DNA from: Yuukianura sp. NJ FZ-2021 | Taxonomy: Eukaryota | DNA length: 64,000 nucleotides | Assembly: GCA_046563655.1 (NCBI GenBank) | Contig: CM102289.1 | Coordinates: 5,890,001 to 5,954,000, forward strand | Direction: 5' to 3' | Part shown: piece after piece, positions 11,936 through 27,176 of the stretch | Layout of the letters: each line of letters starts with the position of its first letter | How positions within the stretch are numbered: position 1 is the stretch's first letter | Program-made: the position numbers and the translations under genes | Notes under the pieces: model-generated | The model's database searches: none | Told to the model about the DNA's origin: nothing | The model's input: only the letters and a program-made list of their open reading frames with translations

Positions 11936-14900
11936 TTAGAACTCAGTTGTACTCTTATTTTTCTTAATGCTGTTTGGATTCACTGACTGGTTCGTCTCAG
12001 TTGCCGCCGCAGGGGAGGGAAGAATTCCATTGGGTGGCTTCTGGTTCAGGAATCGATTGGGGTCAGACTTGGAGTTTATACCATTACAGAGGCTTATGGA
12101 GCCTCCAGCTGCCGGAGAGAATTGGATGGCCAAAGGATCTCCTGCTCCAGAAGGCGACAAGTTCAATGAAGTGGGATGTGGCGGAGGTATGCTTTGGATT
12201 TGATCAGTTCCGTTGTTCCGTGGCCAATCTGCCGGCCTATTGTTCAGAAGATGGAGGTCGAGAGGCGTAAAACGATTAGCATAGGCGTCTGATGGTCGTT
12301 TGTTGTTGTTTGAGAGAAAGGACGAGGGTGGTGTTGGTGTATTATGAAAAGCGGACGGAAGATTAGCCGCTGGATACAGTGTTGAATTGTGTGGCCGAGA
12401 CAGTAGGCCTGTCAAGCTAATTTCATTCCCATGCAGGTCTTCACCGTGGCGGAGAAGAGTAGGATCTTCTTCGTCATCTGAATTGTTCGCTCCGTCTTCC
12501 GATATGAGATCATCTTCGAAAGTGGCTCGAAGTGGAGTACGGGCACTCGCGTGCTGCTGCTCTTCGTACGTGGGACGCATTTGTAGTTTGGCACGGTATT
12601 CAATCCCACTTGCACTGTGGTAGAAGGACACTTGAGCAAAGTCAGGCTCCACCTCTTTTACGAGTCTGCAATTAAAACGAAAAATGATGCACAATTAAGT
12701 ATGTAACCACCGATTCCCACTTAAAATCACAAAAGAAAACTTACTCATCGAGAATATCAGTAAACGTTGGTCTGTCCGGAACACGGTAAGCCCAGCACTT
12801 GAACATTAGGTTATACAAAATATCTGGACAATTTTCAGGACGCTCCATAATTCCACCTTCCCGAACGTAACGCAGGACTTGGTCATTGTTCAATCCCTAA
12901 ATGATTTCACGTTACTCGGTTACTCAGATTACAACTTAAATATTCACTTTCTTAAATCTTAACACTTTTTACCTGATACGGTTGAGCAGCCAGGGTAGCC
13001 ATTTCCCACAAAACAACGCCGAAACTCCAGAGATCAGAATGAACCGTGAATACTCCGTCTTTAATAGATTCTGGAGCCATCCATCTCACCGGCAGCAGGC
13101 CACGAGTGGCTATTTTCAAAAACACAAGAAAACATGAAAAATTTATAAATTCCATTCAATATAAAAAACTGAATGATATTCTCACATTTTCGATAGTAAT
13201 CTGTATCCTTAGTCATTCCAAAGTCTCCCACTTTTACAGTAATGTCTTCAGACACCATACAATTTCTAGCTGCCAAATCTCGATGAACAAATCCTTTGCT
13301 CCCCAGATACGTCATTCCATCCGCAATTCCAGCTGCCATTCGTAGAATTTGCTGAAAAACACACATTTAAGACCGGCTTCAACAGAATGCTAAATAGTCA
13401 CAGCTAAGTTTAAGTAGTTCATATTTACTTTGAGTGTAGGTGGAGGCTCGCCATTGTTTTCGGGACTGTCTGGTCGTCTCGCTCTTAAATACTTTTTCAG
13501 ATCTCCATTCGCCATTAGTTCCATGACGACATAAGTTGGCTGAGATAAAGAAACTACGCAAAGCAGACGAACGACATGATGACAGTCCATTTGTGTCATG
13601 ATGCTCGCCTCTTGAAGGAAGCGATGAAGCTGCCGGAACAGTTCAACAATAATATAAGTCGCTGGGTTAGTGTAATATTCTGGTGTTTATGGGACTCCCA
13701 TTACCTCTTCACTTGGGGCACCCCTGGCTACTTGCTTCACAGCACATTTGACCTTGGCCTGGCCCTTGAAGTCTCGTATAATTCCTTCGTACACCATGCC
13801 AAATGAACCCTTCCCAAGCTCCTTGATCAGCTCAATCTTGTCACGGGGAACTTCAAATTCTTCAGGAATGTCAACTACAAAAAATATTCCAAATAATTCT
13901 CTCCTTCTATCAGCGAATCGCCTTTGTCGTAAAGTTTCAGCTTACCATTTTGAAGGTATTCTGGATTTGCCGATGTGATTTTCTTTACTAATTTCCTGGT
14001 CTTGAGGAAGTAAAGAAAGAAAGCAGCGGCCATTCCGAAGAAGATGAGAATTGGAAGTACGATGGCCAAGATTTGGCCAGCGCTCATCGCTTCCTCAGTA
14101 GCCTGTGAAAACCAAACAAGGTAAAATTACTCACCTCTGTTCAATTCAAAAAGTTTCCCTCAAAACTACTACTCAACTATATTTTTCCAACTAACAAGAA
14201 CGACGAAATACTTGGCCACGGTGTAATTGGCCAGTGGCGGTGGTGCCAATGAGATCACTTGAATTCGGATACTGTAGTTGCCAGGATGTAATACTTTTGG
14301 AAACGTGTAGTTTCGTCCACTTTCGTTGAATACCTTCCTCGTTATACAGGTTATGTGAGAAGGTTCCTAAAACAGAAAATTACACAAGTTACAAAAGTTT
14401 CCGCATTCTTAAAAATTTTGCTGTCAATATTTTACGTTTGTTTTTGATGTATCCACTCGAGTTACGTTGACGTTATAAGACATCACCATCCCATTAGCTT
14501 TGGCTGGCTCATCCCAACTCAGCTTTATTTCGTTTCCCGACACATTCACCACAATGGACTTAATGTCAACATAATCCGCCGTGTCTAAAATGAAGATTCA
14601 GCGAGTTAGCACAGATCACCCTATTAATTATACCCATGAAGTAATATGAACAACCAATTAATACCTGAGGGAAGCGTCGTAATTGATTCCCTAATGACAG
14701 GAGAGCAAGTTCGTGTATCATTAGCACGCGTATCAATCAAAATGTCCATCGACACTTCTCGGCACGCCATGACTCCAACTGTGTATCGCGTAAAATGCGT
14801 CAGATTCCCCAAGAAGTATATCGATCTTCCAACAGCATTCGTTTGATGTTCTGGTACATCAACTATCCATTGCATATCCGAAACTACAGCAAAGAATACA

Positions 14901-17900
14901 AAACAGTGTAAAGCTTAGACTTTAACTCCCGGATGGGTTAGTTTGTTACGTTACGATTGCCTCACTCATCACAATTTTCACGTCGATAGCCATATTAACC
15001 TTAATCTATGTCGTGTTACCTTTTGGCAAAAGTCCATCCGAGTGTGGAACACTCTCCGGAAAAGTTCTTGGACCATTCGTAACTTCCCGAGAATCTTCGG
15101 TAGTACTCGCTGTAAAGTTAGCATTCGCGTCTCTTCGTCTCCTTCTTCTCGAACTGATTTCAGGAAAAATATCCTCTGGCCTGACATGGTCACCATTATC
15201 ATTGTTGTCTCTATAATCAGGACTATAAACGAAAATTGTCTTTAGTTTTCGAAATTCGTTGGTTCCTACAACTTGAAATTCTCACTTTTCAAAAAAGATG
15301 GCATTTGTAATGGCATCCTGCACTTGATGCTCAAATAGTGCCAACTTCTCGCGTTCAGCCAATGGCGGTTGTGTAGTTCTTCGTTGAACTGCTTCATTTG
15401 CCGAACATGAACAACATTCCCGACCTTCTGGACCTCCGTCACCGTGATGCTGCAGAGTTTGAACAAAACTTGGAGTTGTCTTGTCCTTGACAGTTGGCTT
15501 CGTGTCAGGTCCTAAGAACGTCAACAGTCATAATTTTCCCAAACAATCCAACTTTTTCACATAGACGAGAACTTCGCAACGTATTTATTTTGTGTTTGCT
15601 TACGTCCGCGACAGTAATCTTGATTTTGAAACGAAGGATCCTGAACTTCTTCTTTCAAGTAGATTTGGTACTTTTCTATGACGCCATTTGGAGTTTCAGG
15701 TGGAAACCATGAGATCACGATCCCATTACTCGAATTAGACACCAACGTCACTTTCCTCGGCGGAGAAGGAACTACATCACCACAATAAGTTTGTTTTATT
15801 ACTCATTTCCTATTTTGACTCATTCTAATTCAAAACTTACCGCCAGGCAGTGTAGTAAAGTAATGTATCCGGGACTGAGCCGCTCTATTGTGATTCGGTG
15901 ACTCTCGATCGGGGATAACAACAGTCTTGACATAAATTGCGTACTGCGTATAAAACTGTAGACCAGTAATTAGTGACTCGGCTTGCCATGCTGGTTCACT
16001 CTCACGACTCCCAGTAAATGACATCTTGGCTACGTCAACAACTTTCCAGTCATCCCCTCCACACGGATCTCTGTCTTCGTAGATTGACGCCGTTTGTTCT
16101 GGGGATACTTTGTAGTACACTTCGTAGTTGAGAAGATATCGAGCGTCTGTTAGATTCCGTCGGAAGTTTTCCCATTGAATCGTCACAGACGAGTTTGTTC
16201 GTTTCTTAATCTCAAGGGCCAACTCAGTCTTGTTACCTTCAAAAAGCAAAACAAAATAAATTCAATAGTTCCTTCCATGATTTTATTTTTTCTTTCGGTA
16301 TTTTAAATTTTGGCGGTGAAAACTTACAGGGAACTTTGTCTCCATTGGTCACACCAATGTCAATTGTTGAATTTGTGTCTTGGGCTGAATTAATAGTAGT
16401 GTGGCGGAGAAAGTCATAAATTACTCCAGGACATAACTTGGGATTATAATGGAAGAGAACGCGGGCATCTGGGCGGAGGATTCGTATGCTGTTGGACTCA
16501 GTTCTGTTCCAGAGGGCTTGGATATTCTCATTGGATTTTACGACCACTGCATACCTGTTGGTTGTAAACAACATAAAGTAAGCCTAAAAGTGCGCAGTCA
16601 CAATTAATTGCCGCAATTTGTGCCATTGCTTATGCAACAAAGTAATCTTACGAGTTTTCCTCAAGAATATCCCCATGGATCCGCTTGAGTGACTTGAGGA
16701 AGTTGACTGACGACAAGGAATGTGAATTGGCCACTACGAGACTCCCATAAATGTCCTCAATCATGTCAAGATTATTCTCAAGTTCTCGGACAAGGTTTGG
16801 AGAGTAGCCACGGATCTGGATTTTGAGAGTTCCGTTGACAGCAGTACATCCTTTGAGTTGTGCTGATGATTCTACACTGTCCACAAACGTTCCCATACAT
16901 ACTTTCTTGCAAGGACCTGTGTAAAAAGCAACAATTTTATAAGTCATGCCATGTTACTTGTTTACATAAAAGGTCAAGAGGTCAACTGACCATCACATGG
17001 GTGACAATACTCGTCATCAATTCCAGTGACCGTGGTATAGTTTTTGGGACACTCCAGTACGCAGACGTCTCTTCCGTTGTATCCATGCAGGAGTTTTCCT
17101 CGGCTGCGATGACCTCCTCGTTTCGGATCCGAATACACAATAGAACGACACTCCTGTTCAGTTACGCAGCGTCGATTCAGATACTGAAAAAAGAAAAGAA
17201 AGAAATACGTTGAGTTGAAAATGTTGCGTAGAATTTGCTTTTTTCTATCAAAGAATCTGTTACAAATTCCAAGGTGGGTAAACAAACAGATTGTTGATTG
17301 CTACAATACAATACTTGTAGCAATACAATTGGTTGCTATAGCAACCTTGACAAATTCCTCAGAAGAAACATTTAATTCAATTCTGCAAAAAGCAAACCCA
17401 CACCACACACGCCCACACATCTATAAACTTTCCACTACTTTTTCTTGAATTGAATTTACTACTTAGGTCATAAAATCGAATCCTGTTTTTCCTTGGATTG
17501 CTCGAATGCACACAAAATTGGCAAAAACTATAGGATTAGAGAAGATTACGCTTAAAAATGCCATATTGCCAGCCAAGTCAAATACTAAAGGACAACAACA
17601 ACAACAAAAAAGCAATCTATGTTGCTTCATCTTTTGGCCTCGGTTTCTCTCCAAATTAAAACTTTATCAACAAACAGTTTTTTGTTCTGTTACAATTCAT
17701 AGAACCAATTTTTCATCATTACAACAACGCAAGTTCTTTTTAGTTCCAATTTTAAAACTTTGAACGCACATTGTAACTCAAATCTTCTTAAACCAAACTT
17801 CCGTCATTCCTTTTCAGCTCTCCAGCCATCCACTTCCTTGTCATAAAAAAACAGGTTAGGTTTTGTTTTTCTTTTCTTTGCAAAAAATGAAAAACTTTAT

Positions 17901-20900
17901 TCTAAAAATTTTGAAATTTCAAAAAGTATGCATAGCATGACCCTCTTCAATTACATTACATAAACCAGACATTGTTTTTACACTCTTTGCTTTTTCGATG
18001 CATAATAAAAAAAACTTTGTTTTTTACTCTCCTTGGTTTTTCGTTGCAAAAAAATGCATTTTTTTTTCAAAAGCACACAATTTTGAAATTTGAAGAAGTA
18101 AACATGACCCTCCTCACTTACATTACAGAAAACTAGTACAAGCATCTTACAACACAAAACTGTGACGATTTGAACAAATCATCTCATTCATCCAACATGA
18201 TTTAATAGGCCAAACGAAAGACGAAGGTCAAAGGTTATCCTCCACTTGACTTTGACAAAGATCCCGTCATGTCATTCTATGTAATTCGAACTACTTGTTT
18301 TTATCTTCACAAGGAAAGATGAAACTCTACATTTGCTATTCGCGAAAAAAAAACTTCAGATCCTAAACTCTTCCAAAAGTTGTTTTCTATCAACAACTCT
18401 TTCTTTCTTTTCCGAAAATTGTTATTTTGTTGTGCTTTTTTGCCAACTTTCACCAACTTCTCTTCTCTCAAATTCAATGAAACCAATCCATAGTTCACGT
18501 CATTGCCCTTTCCTAAACAACATTCGACAGAACAAGTACGTGCGTGTACACGGAAATTGCTACCAGGAACAAAACGTCCATCAACATCTAGTTTCAAAAG
18601 AGTATAGAAGAAAAAAAACAGAAAAGCAAATGACAAAGTGCGGTGTTTTTGGACGCGTAGTTTAGGCCAAGGCACGTGGAGGAGCCTTGTGTTCCGTAGG
18701 GCGGTTAGGTTTAAATTTCCTGTTTTCCTGAAATTGACACACGGAAACTACGAAACCAAACACAGGAGAAAGTTAGACTCTTTGAAGGAACAACTACAAA
18801 GTGAAATTGAACATAAACACAACAAATGGGGAAAACGTTAAGGCTCACCTCCAACTTCAACATAACAAACAGGGACAGTGTTTCTATATTTTCAAGTTTC
18901 AATTCAAACAATTCCGTTCCAACGAAATTGAGATAATTAAAAATCAATTTCAGGACTGCTGCTCTACTTCAATTGACTTGCGAAAACAACAACAACAGCA
19001 TGCTAAGCCCAGTTCTCAATCTCTCTGACGCCATACGTTAAGCCTCTCCAATTTTCAAGTACTAGGCAGCACAAAAAAAATTATTTGCTCAGAATCAAAC
19101 TGTGAACGATCTAAGCAATGCGCCTGTCTACAAAAAAAGACACGAGTTTCAAAACAACTCGATAATGGTTAAACGTTGGACAAACGTTTTTCAACATTTC
19201 CAGGTTTACTAACCAAACAACAAACAAACTAACAAGTACTCACAATGTACATAAACCAGTTAAGTGTAATTGTCAATTTGCAAATTTACGCTACACTTGT
19301 TGCCATTCTAAGCTTTTGGATATTAGCGGACCACTAAAGAAGCACATGATTCAATGTAATTTTCAAAGGAACAAACACATCTCTTGTGCTCTTTTGTCAA
19401 CTTCATCGTCATTTTAGCGTTTCATGCTCCAAAGTTATAAAAACTATTCCTAACATGAGACAAACATATGCTTCGTACCACGCGCCAAAAGTTTCTATTT
19501 ACTCTTTTGCCAAATAAACGAAAAAAAAAAACCTTGTTAGTACTGCGCTTGTCGTTGTCAGTCTCGAAATTCTCAAAAACCGAAAACTTCGAAAGATTTC
19601 TTCCTCGTACGAGGAATATTCGTCAATTTTACTTCCACACCTACACGCACTCTCATTTTCAAGCACAACAAATTTCTAATTTCCAAACTCAAGGAGTGAC
19701 TTTCGATCAAACTTTTTGAAAAATGTTTTAGCATTTTTAGTCTTTCCGACCGTTTGTATTAAAGCCTAAAAGTCCAATGTATAAAAAAACTAGATAAAGT
19801 GACGAATTCCCTAGTCTTCATCTTGATCTTCTCTAGTGAACGGGGAGGCGCGTGCGAAATCCTGCGGGAATTTTTTGTTTCCAAAAAACTACGGCGTAGT
19901 AAACGTGAAGAGCGGCAGAAGAATAATGGGGTAGGCACGTGCGGAAGCCTTTGTTAGCAATATAGCCAAACTAGGCCATCCTATGCCAAAATTATAGCTA
20001 TTAAATTGTGCTTTCTCCCTTCATCTTATAGCTTACACAATGACTTTTATGTCACAAAACTTTGTTCATATCGTCGCGCGGTCCACACTCGTCAACCTTC
20101 TTGACCACATTGTTCATCAACTTTCACAAACGCCCTGCCATTCTTCTTCTTTTTCACCAGTCACAGCAAAAATGTCACTCACATTCCCCACCTTTTACTT
20201 TCTTTCTAAAATTCTGTCACTTTGAAAAAAAAACTTTGGAATCAAAACTTCTAAACTGACATGATAAAAGAGACATGCCGAACTGATTTTCGACCAAAAA
20301 TGTCTCATTTTCAGTGTATACATTTCAAGTTTAACCTGCTCATGCCACGCCACTTGCCAATTCCCACCTTAAGTATACATTTTTTTAAAATAGGAATTTA
20401 AAAATATTTCCAAAATAATCAGACCTGCCAAAAATATTTAGTTCTCATGCATGTAATGTTAACCAAATCAATATTTGGGGTCTTCTTGTTACTAAATATT
20501 TATTTATTTACCAATGCCCATAATGTTCAGTTCCTAGCTTTTTCAGTAAATATTGTATTTAATTAAATATTTCATTGGTTTTTGGAAAATATTTTTGGCA
20601 AGTCTGAAAATAATTATAAATTACACTTTAATAAAATATTTGTGTCACCTCGTACGTAGTTTCTGGACATTGTGCTCGACAGACGATTCTTCGCGGATTT
20701 TCCTGCAGAATTTCCACATGCCTACAGGCGAAACAAGAACTCGGAGAATTCGGTGCGTCACAACCGCCAATACATTGATCATCGCAGCATTCTCCATCAG
20801 CAGTACACGGCCTCCCACCACATCCTGGACACTTTTTCTTGTTCACTGCAACCACACAAAACAAAAAAAAATATCAATTTACAATTCTTTCGTCATTCAT

Positions 20901-23900
20901 AAATCATGGCCCATTTTTTCGAAATTGTGAAAAACACATTATTTGTTATACGCTGAAAAATTCGTCATAATAGTACATTACGTCAGCAGTGCTATTCTGC
21001 AAATCATTTATAGATGTAAGTATTGATCTCTGACGTCGAACGACATGAGCTGAAGCTAACTTTAGAAAACAAATCCGAATTTTCTCATCAGTTTCTAGCT
21101 TTCTATTCTTTGCGTAAGCCTTAAGTAAAATCCATATCTAAGCTCCAACAAAAATAGTAAAACCTGTGACCGGCGCAGACGATGAAGGCCACTGACATAC
21201 ATGTTCACCAAAAACTTCCTTAAACCAAGTCCTTGACAAGAACTTTCAAAACATCAACAAGGGAAACCATCAGCGCATGTTAGTCTAGGCTTAACTCTAA
21301 AAACCATATCCTTTCTCCGTATTTTCCACCGCAGCGGCTTGGAATTGCTTTTGCCTTTCCCTAAATCCAGTGTTAATATTTTCAGACAGTGGACATTCCG
21401 GCCTTTTGCCCGAAACGGGAATTTTGTGTATTTCGGTCCAACCCCTTCAACCGAAATGACTAAAACTATTTTAACTTTACTGGAGGCGCGGTAGGATTTG
21501 AAAGTTTGAGAAACGTGGCTAGGTTTCGCATGCGTTTTCGGTCGTTCATTTCAGACGTTTTGGACAAAAATTCTGAAAAGTGACCGAAACTGGGCACACT
21601 GCCTGGATCCTAATTCCAAGTTTCTATTTTGAAAATTAAGTTTCAAAATTCTAAAATTCTTCTACCCAGAAAAAAAACAGCCATTGAGGAGAGTAGGATC
21701 TGCACCAACTCTCTTCTCAGCTCCCATAAAATCCCAGAGTCATTCCCATTCCAACGTTTTAGAGAGGTTAGTTGAATAACATCAAAACAGAAAAACAATT
21801 CCAAGGTTAGCAGGCAAGTGACAAGGTGAACTTAAGTCGTAAACTCAAACTACTACTACAGGGAATTTGCACGAGTAAAAAAGCCTCATTTTCCCGAGTA
21901 TGCGCCTCTGTACCACATAACAGAAAAACCAGTTCATGGAAAAAAGACAATGGTCTCATCCCATTGTCAGTTTTGTCACTCCAGGAAAACCTTAACAAAG
22001 TCAAACTAACAAAGTCCGCCGCTCTATTATTACTCAATCTAAACAATAATTTTTACGCGCCAATTTTAGGAAAACCATTGAGCTCACCAATTTCATTACC
22101 AAACATCCGCCTGTTTCCTCTTGATTTATCCTACGCAAGCGTGTCACAAATATTTAGTCTCCAGGCCAGTAATTTTACTAAAAAAATATTTCCGGATTTT
22201 CTCATCCTATTAATACTAACGATAAAGACAAGCCCAATTTTTTTTATTTTCTCATGCCCTTAATTTTAGTATTTTGCCAATTATTTATGTATTTCTCAAG
22301 CCCTTGATAATAAACAAGTAAATATGTGAGCAATTTATAAAAACGCCAATATTTAGATTCGTTTTTAGTAAATATTTTTGGCATGCTTGCTCATACGCCA
22401 CATAACCATAAAACCCGGGGAAAAAACTACCATTTACATAATACTACCCCAAAAAATTCTGTACACAAAAATAACAAACTTCCCGCTCTAATTAAATTCC
22501 CGTGAAAGCGAACTACTATCCTCAATTTAGCCTTCCTTTTTACGTGATATTTGTATGCGTGTGCCGCCTTTTAAGCTCGAAAACTCACTACAAAACAAAG
22601 TCTAGACGCCATTTATATCCGTGAGAGCTTTCTCAATTACTAAACTGCACGAGGCAGCTTTGAGTTTGAGTTTTAGCGGAGATGACCTACATTCTGCCAC
22701 AAAAAATAAAACGGAGCTACAAACCCCTCCTTCTACGTTTCTAAAAATCCACCATCGTCCACGAATAATTCATGAACATAAACACGCCTTCTTCCTGCAA
22801 AGGCAAAAAAAAACACGCAAAGTAAACAAACAAAAACGTAACACAAAAAACTCTTAAACGGACAAAAGTGGAGAGAGCGACGAAGGTTAGCCTATAAACC
22901 TCGTTACATAAAAACCAACTTAAAGATGTTTTGATCGTTTTCATTTTTATGAACAAGAGCTGCGTTAATTTCGAATCTTGTACCAAAACTTTTATGTAAC
23001 AAACGTAAACATACCAATTTGGCAGTCGGTGTTGCTCCAACAGAGATCTCGATTGTCCGACTCCGCTTTCGGACAGGCATTTGGAGGACAGAGATTCGGA
23101 CACTGGTCACTCGGCTTGTTTTTCTAGAAAAACGAGAAATTACAAAAGATGAGAAAAAAAGTTAATTACAATTTACGAATGCTCAACGCGTCTCTTCGAA
23201 TTTAAATCTCATTTCATTTTTTTTTATCAACATTTGAGTGAACTCAGCACATTTCAGTCATAAAACTCAAAAACCCGTTAGTCTGTTTTCATTCATTCCC
23301 AAAGTTACGAACCGGAAGAGATCACCACAGGAATTTAAGTGAATTGAGCTCATAGGAATTGCTATGCTTGTAACTAAAAGTTACAGTGGAATTCATATGA
23401 ATTGAGCTCATAGAAATTGTTTGTGTTTTCAATGGAATTGAATTTGGGAATACAGTTGAGCGCGTAGTTTAGTAGACAGACGGACCATGAGACAAGAAGT
23501 GTTGCAAAAACGCATAAAAAGCTTCTCAGAGGGCATTACCACTGTCATGAGACCATCAAGAGGCCATTTCCTCCCATTAACTAAAACTCCAAGTACGCGC
23601 AATTGTTAATTACAAAGTTATACTACTCATTGTATATAACTCTGAACCGAGTGAATGACACTCGAAACACTGAAATTCCAGTTACTGCAGTAACTCGCAG
23701 TACTTTGTACTATGAACTACTTTATACTTCCAGTGTCATGCGATAAACACACGTTATAGCAGCTGCGCTGCACTTACTGCAGCAGCAAAGCAGCAGGCTT
23801 AAAAAAAATTCAATATAAAACCACTCATCATTTTGAAAATTTCGAAAATTACAAGTTTCGAAAAATTCAAAACATAACGCAACCATTTTTTTTTAAATTG

Positions 23901-26143
23901 CTGTTCCAAGTTTGTGTTTTTACACCCATTTTCCTTTACAAAACTTTTACTTTTCCTGTTTCAACGTTGCGCAAAGTAAAATTTCTCTTGGTTTTTCAAA
24001 AATAGAAAAAAAAAATAGTCTAGACAAAAAATATTTTTTAGATAGTACGCATATGAATGAAGCTGGAAATTCCCAGCGGGTGTAAATTATGTTGTTACAT
24101 AACCACAAAAAAATTAAAGTAAAAACTTCATGTAGAACTTCCTCATGAAAATTTCGACAAATTTCGAGCACGTTTTAAAACCAACCAAATCATTTCATTC
24201 CCCGTACATGAATCTAAATCCAGCAACAGAAGTTTTAGCTAAGGATGATGAGGATGACAAAACCAGAATCGTCTAAAACCAACCGCCAGACACATTCAAA
24301 CTCATAATCTTTCAAAAACAACCGCTCTTTTTTTTTTAGTTTGGAACAAACAGTTAGTAATACCACACTCAAATTTAAGCGTCCGTCAAGCGTCCACCAG
24401 CAGTTCAAACATCAAATCCGATTAAAGTATTACACATTCAAAGTCTGCCAGGAATGAGTCACAAAGCTCCCATTGATTCTGTTTCTACAGAAATCGAACA
24501 CTGACCACCGTTATGCAAGAAAAGAACAAAGAAAAAAAGTAAACAAAAATGGATATTTCTTGTAGAGTAAAATCAAATATACCTGGACATGGTTGACGGT
24601 TGGATCATTGGTGATTTTAGCCCAATCAATTGTTTCAACATAGCATAGGTTTGGATTACTGCCAATGTAAACTCCACGTTCCATGATGTTTGTGAGGCTA
24701 GGGAGACCAATCTCATGCATATCCGGCATCTGGTAAAACAATCATTAAAAAAACAATATTGAAACATCCGGCTTTTTAAAAAATTCGAAGTATTTTGTTC
24801 AAAACTAATCAATAGTTTTGTCATCAAAAATTCTGTGTATTGTGCGTACATCAGAGATGATAAATGCATAGTTGTAGATTAAGTCCTGGCCGCGAATAAC
24901 AACCAAATTTGGAAACAAGTTGCGTAGAGTTTGGAGTCCTTGTGCAAATGTAAGCAGGAAGTAGCCAGTGATTTCACGAATTTTTGGAAAACTGTAGTTA
25001 CGATACTCCGCTGCTGAGCCATTGTCGATCAAACTAATTTGTAAGTTTCCTTCAATGACACGACAACCTTCCAGCCTCTCCAAATCGCGTACTTCATTTC
25101 GGATGTACATACTTCCACAAACTACAAAATCCATTAAACAAAAACACTTCAATTAGCAACTTACAAAAATTACATAAAATTTGGTCTAAAATTGGGTTAA
25201 AAAATTTCCACGCGCTCACTACAAACCTTGAAATTGGCACATAATTGTTTTAATTGTCTACTATGTAATACATATTCTGGAGGAATTGCCCATCACACCG
25301 CTAAGTTATTCAAAGGAAACTCAATATTTTGAGCTAAAGCAGGAAAACATCCTTCGTCTGACGTCAATGGCATAAACAAATGGAGAAAGTTACAACAGGC
25401 TTCTCTACCGTCAACCGCCAACATTTGAAAATTGGAAAACAGTCATATAAACCAATACGACCGCCCTCTCAACTACCCAGCTACGTCTGCTAAACCCAAA
25501 CTCTTGTTGTCACTCTCAATTTCATCATCTACCGCCATGGCCTCATCTCAGTTTGCCATTTTCTACCGTAAGGCCAAGGTCGGGCATTTTAGTTTTCATG
25601 ACTTTCAAATTAGATTTTCACAGGCCTCGTTTCAATTTGTCTTCCCCCGGATTTCTTCTTAGAAGTTTAGAAGTTCTTCGTAAAAGTTCAATTTCGGTTT
25701 TACAAGGTTTTACAACAAAACAACCCGAGCATCACCAAAACCCAAACGTCAAATCATATCATGTCAAACTCTCGCGCAAAATCGGAAATTGTCAAGCTAC
25801 ATTTCCTACATAGCCCTAAACCCTGTTTACTCTTGCAGTAATCTTGGATTTTATGAGGTCAGGTCACGGTCAGGGGAGCTATAAAGAGAAGGAAGATTGG
25901 TTAAGGTTAGGTTGTCAATGACAACCTTGTCATCATCACTATTAGCTTGGCGCCATATGTCATTTGTAAGCTAGAAAGTTAAGGCTTACGTCCATGAGCC
26001 GAGTAGTTGATGGTAGTCCCATGTACTCCAGTAGTTAGCGACGCAGGGAAAGTGAGGAGAGTGGCAGTGAAAGTCCAGAAGAGAATCCATAAGGCGTGTC
26101 TACTCACATGGGACTGATTCATAGTGATTGATCCTCCGAACAT
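11936..26143 (-). CDS. InR: Insulin-like receptor tyrosine kinase
   Basis: Signal exon 26143-25990; L1 ([35 protein letters not shown]); Cys-rich exons near 23.0-23.1, 20.65-20.85 and 17.0-17.2 kb; L2; FnIII domains; furin site [10 protein letters not shown] (~15132-15149); TM; NPEY; kinase motifs [44 protein letters not shown]; long C-tail ending at 11936. Confidence 0.96.
21368..21601. mobile_element. Possible old hAT-like MITE in an InR intron
   Basis: CAGTGT...ACACTG termini. Flanking 8-mers cctaaatc and cctggatc match at 6/8. Confidence 0.3.
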
Positions 26144-26499
26144 GACATAATTGGAGATCCCCTTCCACAAGGGATATGTCACGTACACAACAAAGGAGTT
26201 ACCTAGAAACAGTAATAACAGCAATTAAAACTAATGTTAGCCATAAATTCACACTCAAACCAATTTTAGTTAACCATCAACTTCAAAGTCAAACATAGGA
26301 ATCACATGACTGTAGCTCCCTGCTTAACTTTTGCAGTTGCTCAGAAACGTTTTACAAATTCCTCCTTTCTACTTTTTGCAAACTTGAAAAATTTAGCTGT
26401 CACTGTGTGCATAAATTCACAGTAATCGGCCAAGTCAAGCTCGTTGCATCGGAAAAAGAGGTGTATAGCATACCGGCGCCGCTTTTTGTAAAACTCTTA

Positions 26500-27176
26500 C
26501 CGTATTTCCTTGCCTATAAGACGCACTCGCGTATAAGACGCACCCAGAAATTTTCAAAAATACCCCGACAGCGCGAAAACCTAAAATTCGAAGCTGTAAA
26601 TTTACTTTTTCCGCGAGACGTCTAATTTGGTACATATCTAGCGAAATAAATTTATAGATATTTAACATTTCAGTTTCTGACGAATGTGAAACCAAAAGTG
26701 GAAAATTAATCGAAAATTATTCTCAGTGGGATTCCAATTGGAATTCTGTGAATAATTTTTCGAAATTTTCGAAATATGTTGGGAAAAAAAACAAACTTTT
26801 ACTCCAATATTGTTAGGTAATATTGTATGCTTGAACTTGCGTTGGGTTCAAACAAATGTTATCAAACCTTTAATATTTGGAATTGGCTTATGTCGTTGCA
26901 AAGAAGTGCCTTGGTGCAATTTTGTCAAAGCGTCTTTTAAATATGGACGGAGAACCGTGCCAATTTAATTTGGAAGACACCAGAACCATGGCGATACTGT
27001 TAGATTTGATGAACTAAAATTAGATTAAGAACGTATCAAGTAGAGTTTAGTAAATTTTTCGCAATTTGTACAAATTTTTAACAAAAACCCTCAGTTTTCA
27101 GCGAAAAAAATAATTTTCTGTTTCAAACGGGCGAAATTTCTCAGATAATACGCGTCTTATAGTCGAGGAAATACGG
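26500..27176. mobile_element. Tc1/mariner (pogo/Tigger-like) non-autonomous element
   Basis: TIRs CCGTATTTCCTTGCCTATAAGACGC and GCGTCTTATAGTCGAGGAAATACGG, flanked by TA on both sides. No transposase ORF. Confidence 0.85.

Noticed and set aside
17909..18135. Short local duplication in an InR intron
   Set aside because: Degenerate ~55-bp duplicate without TIR or TSD; unremarkable.
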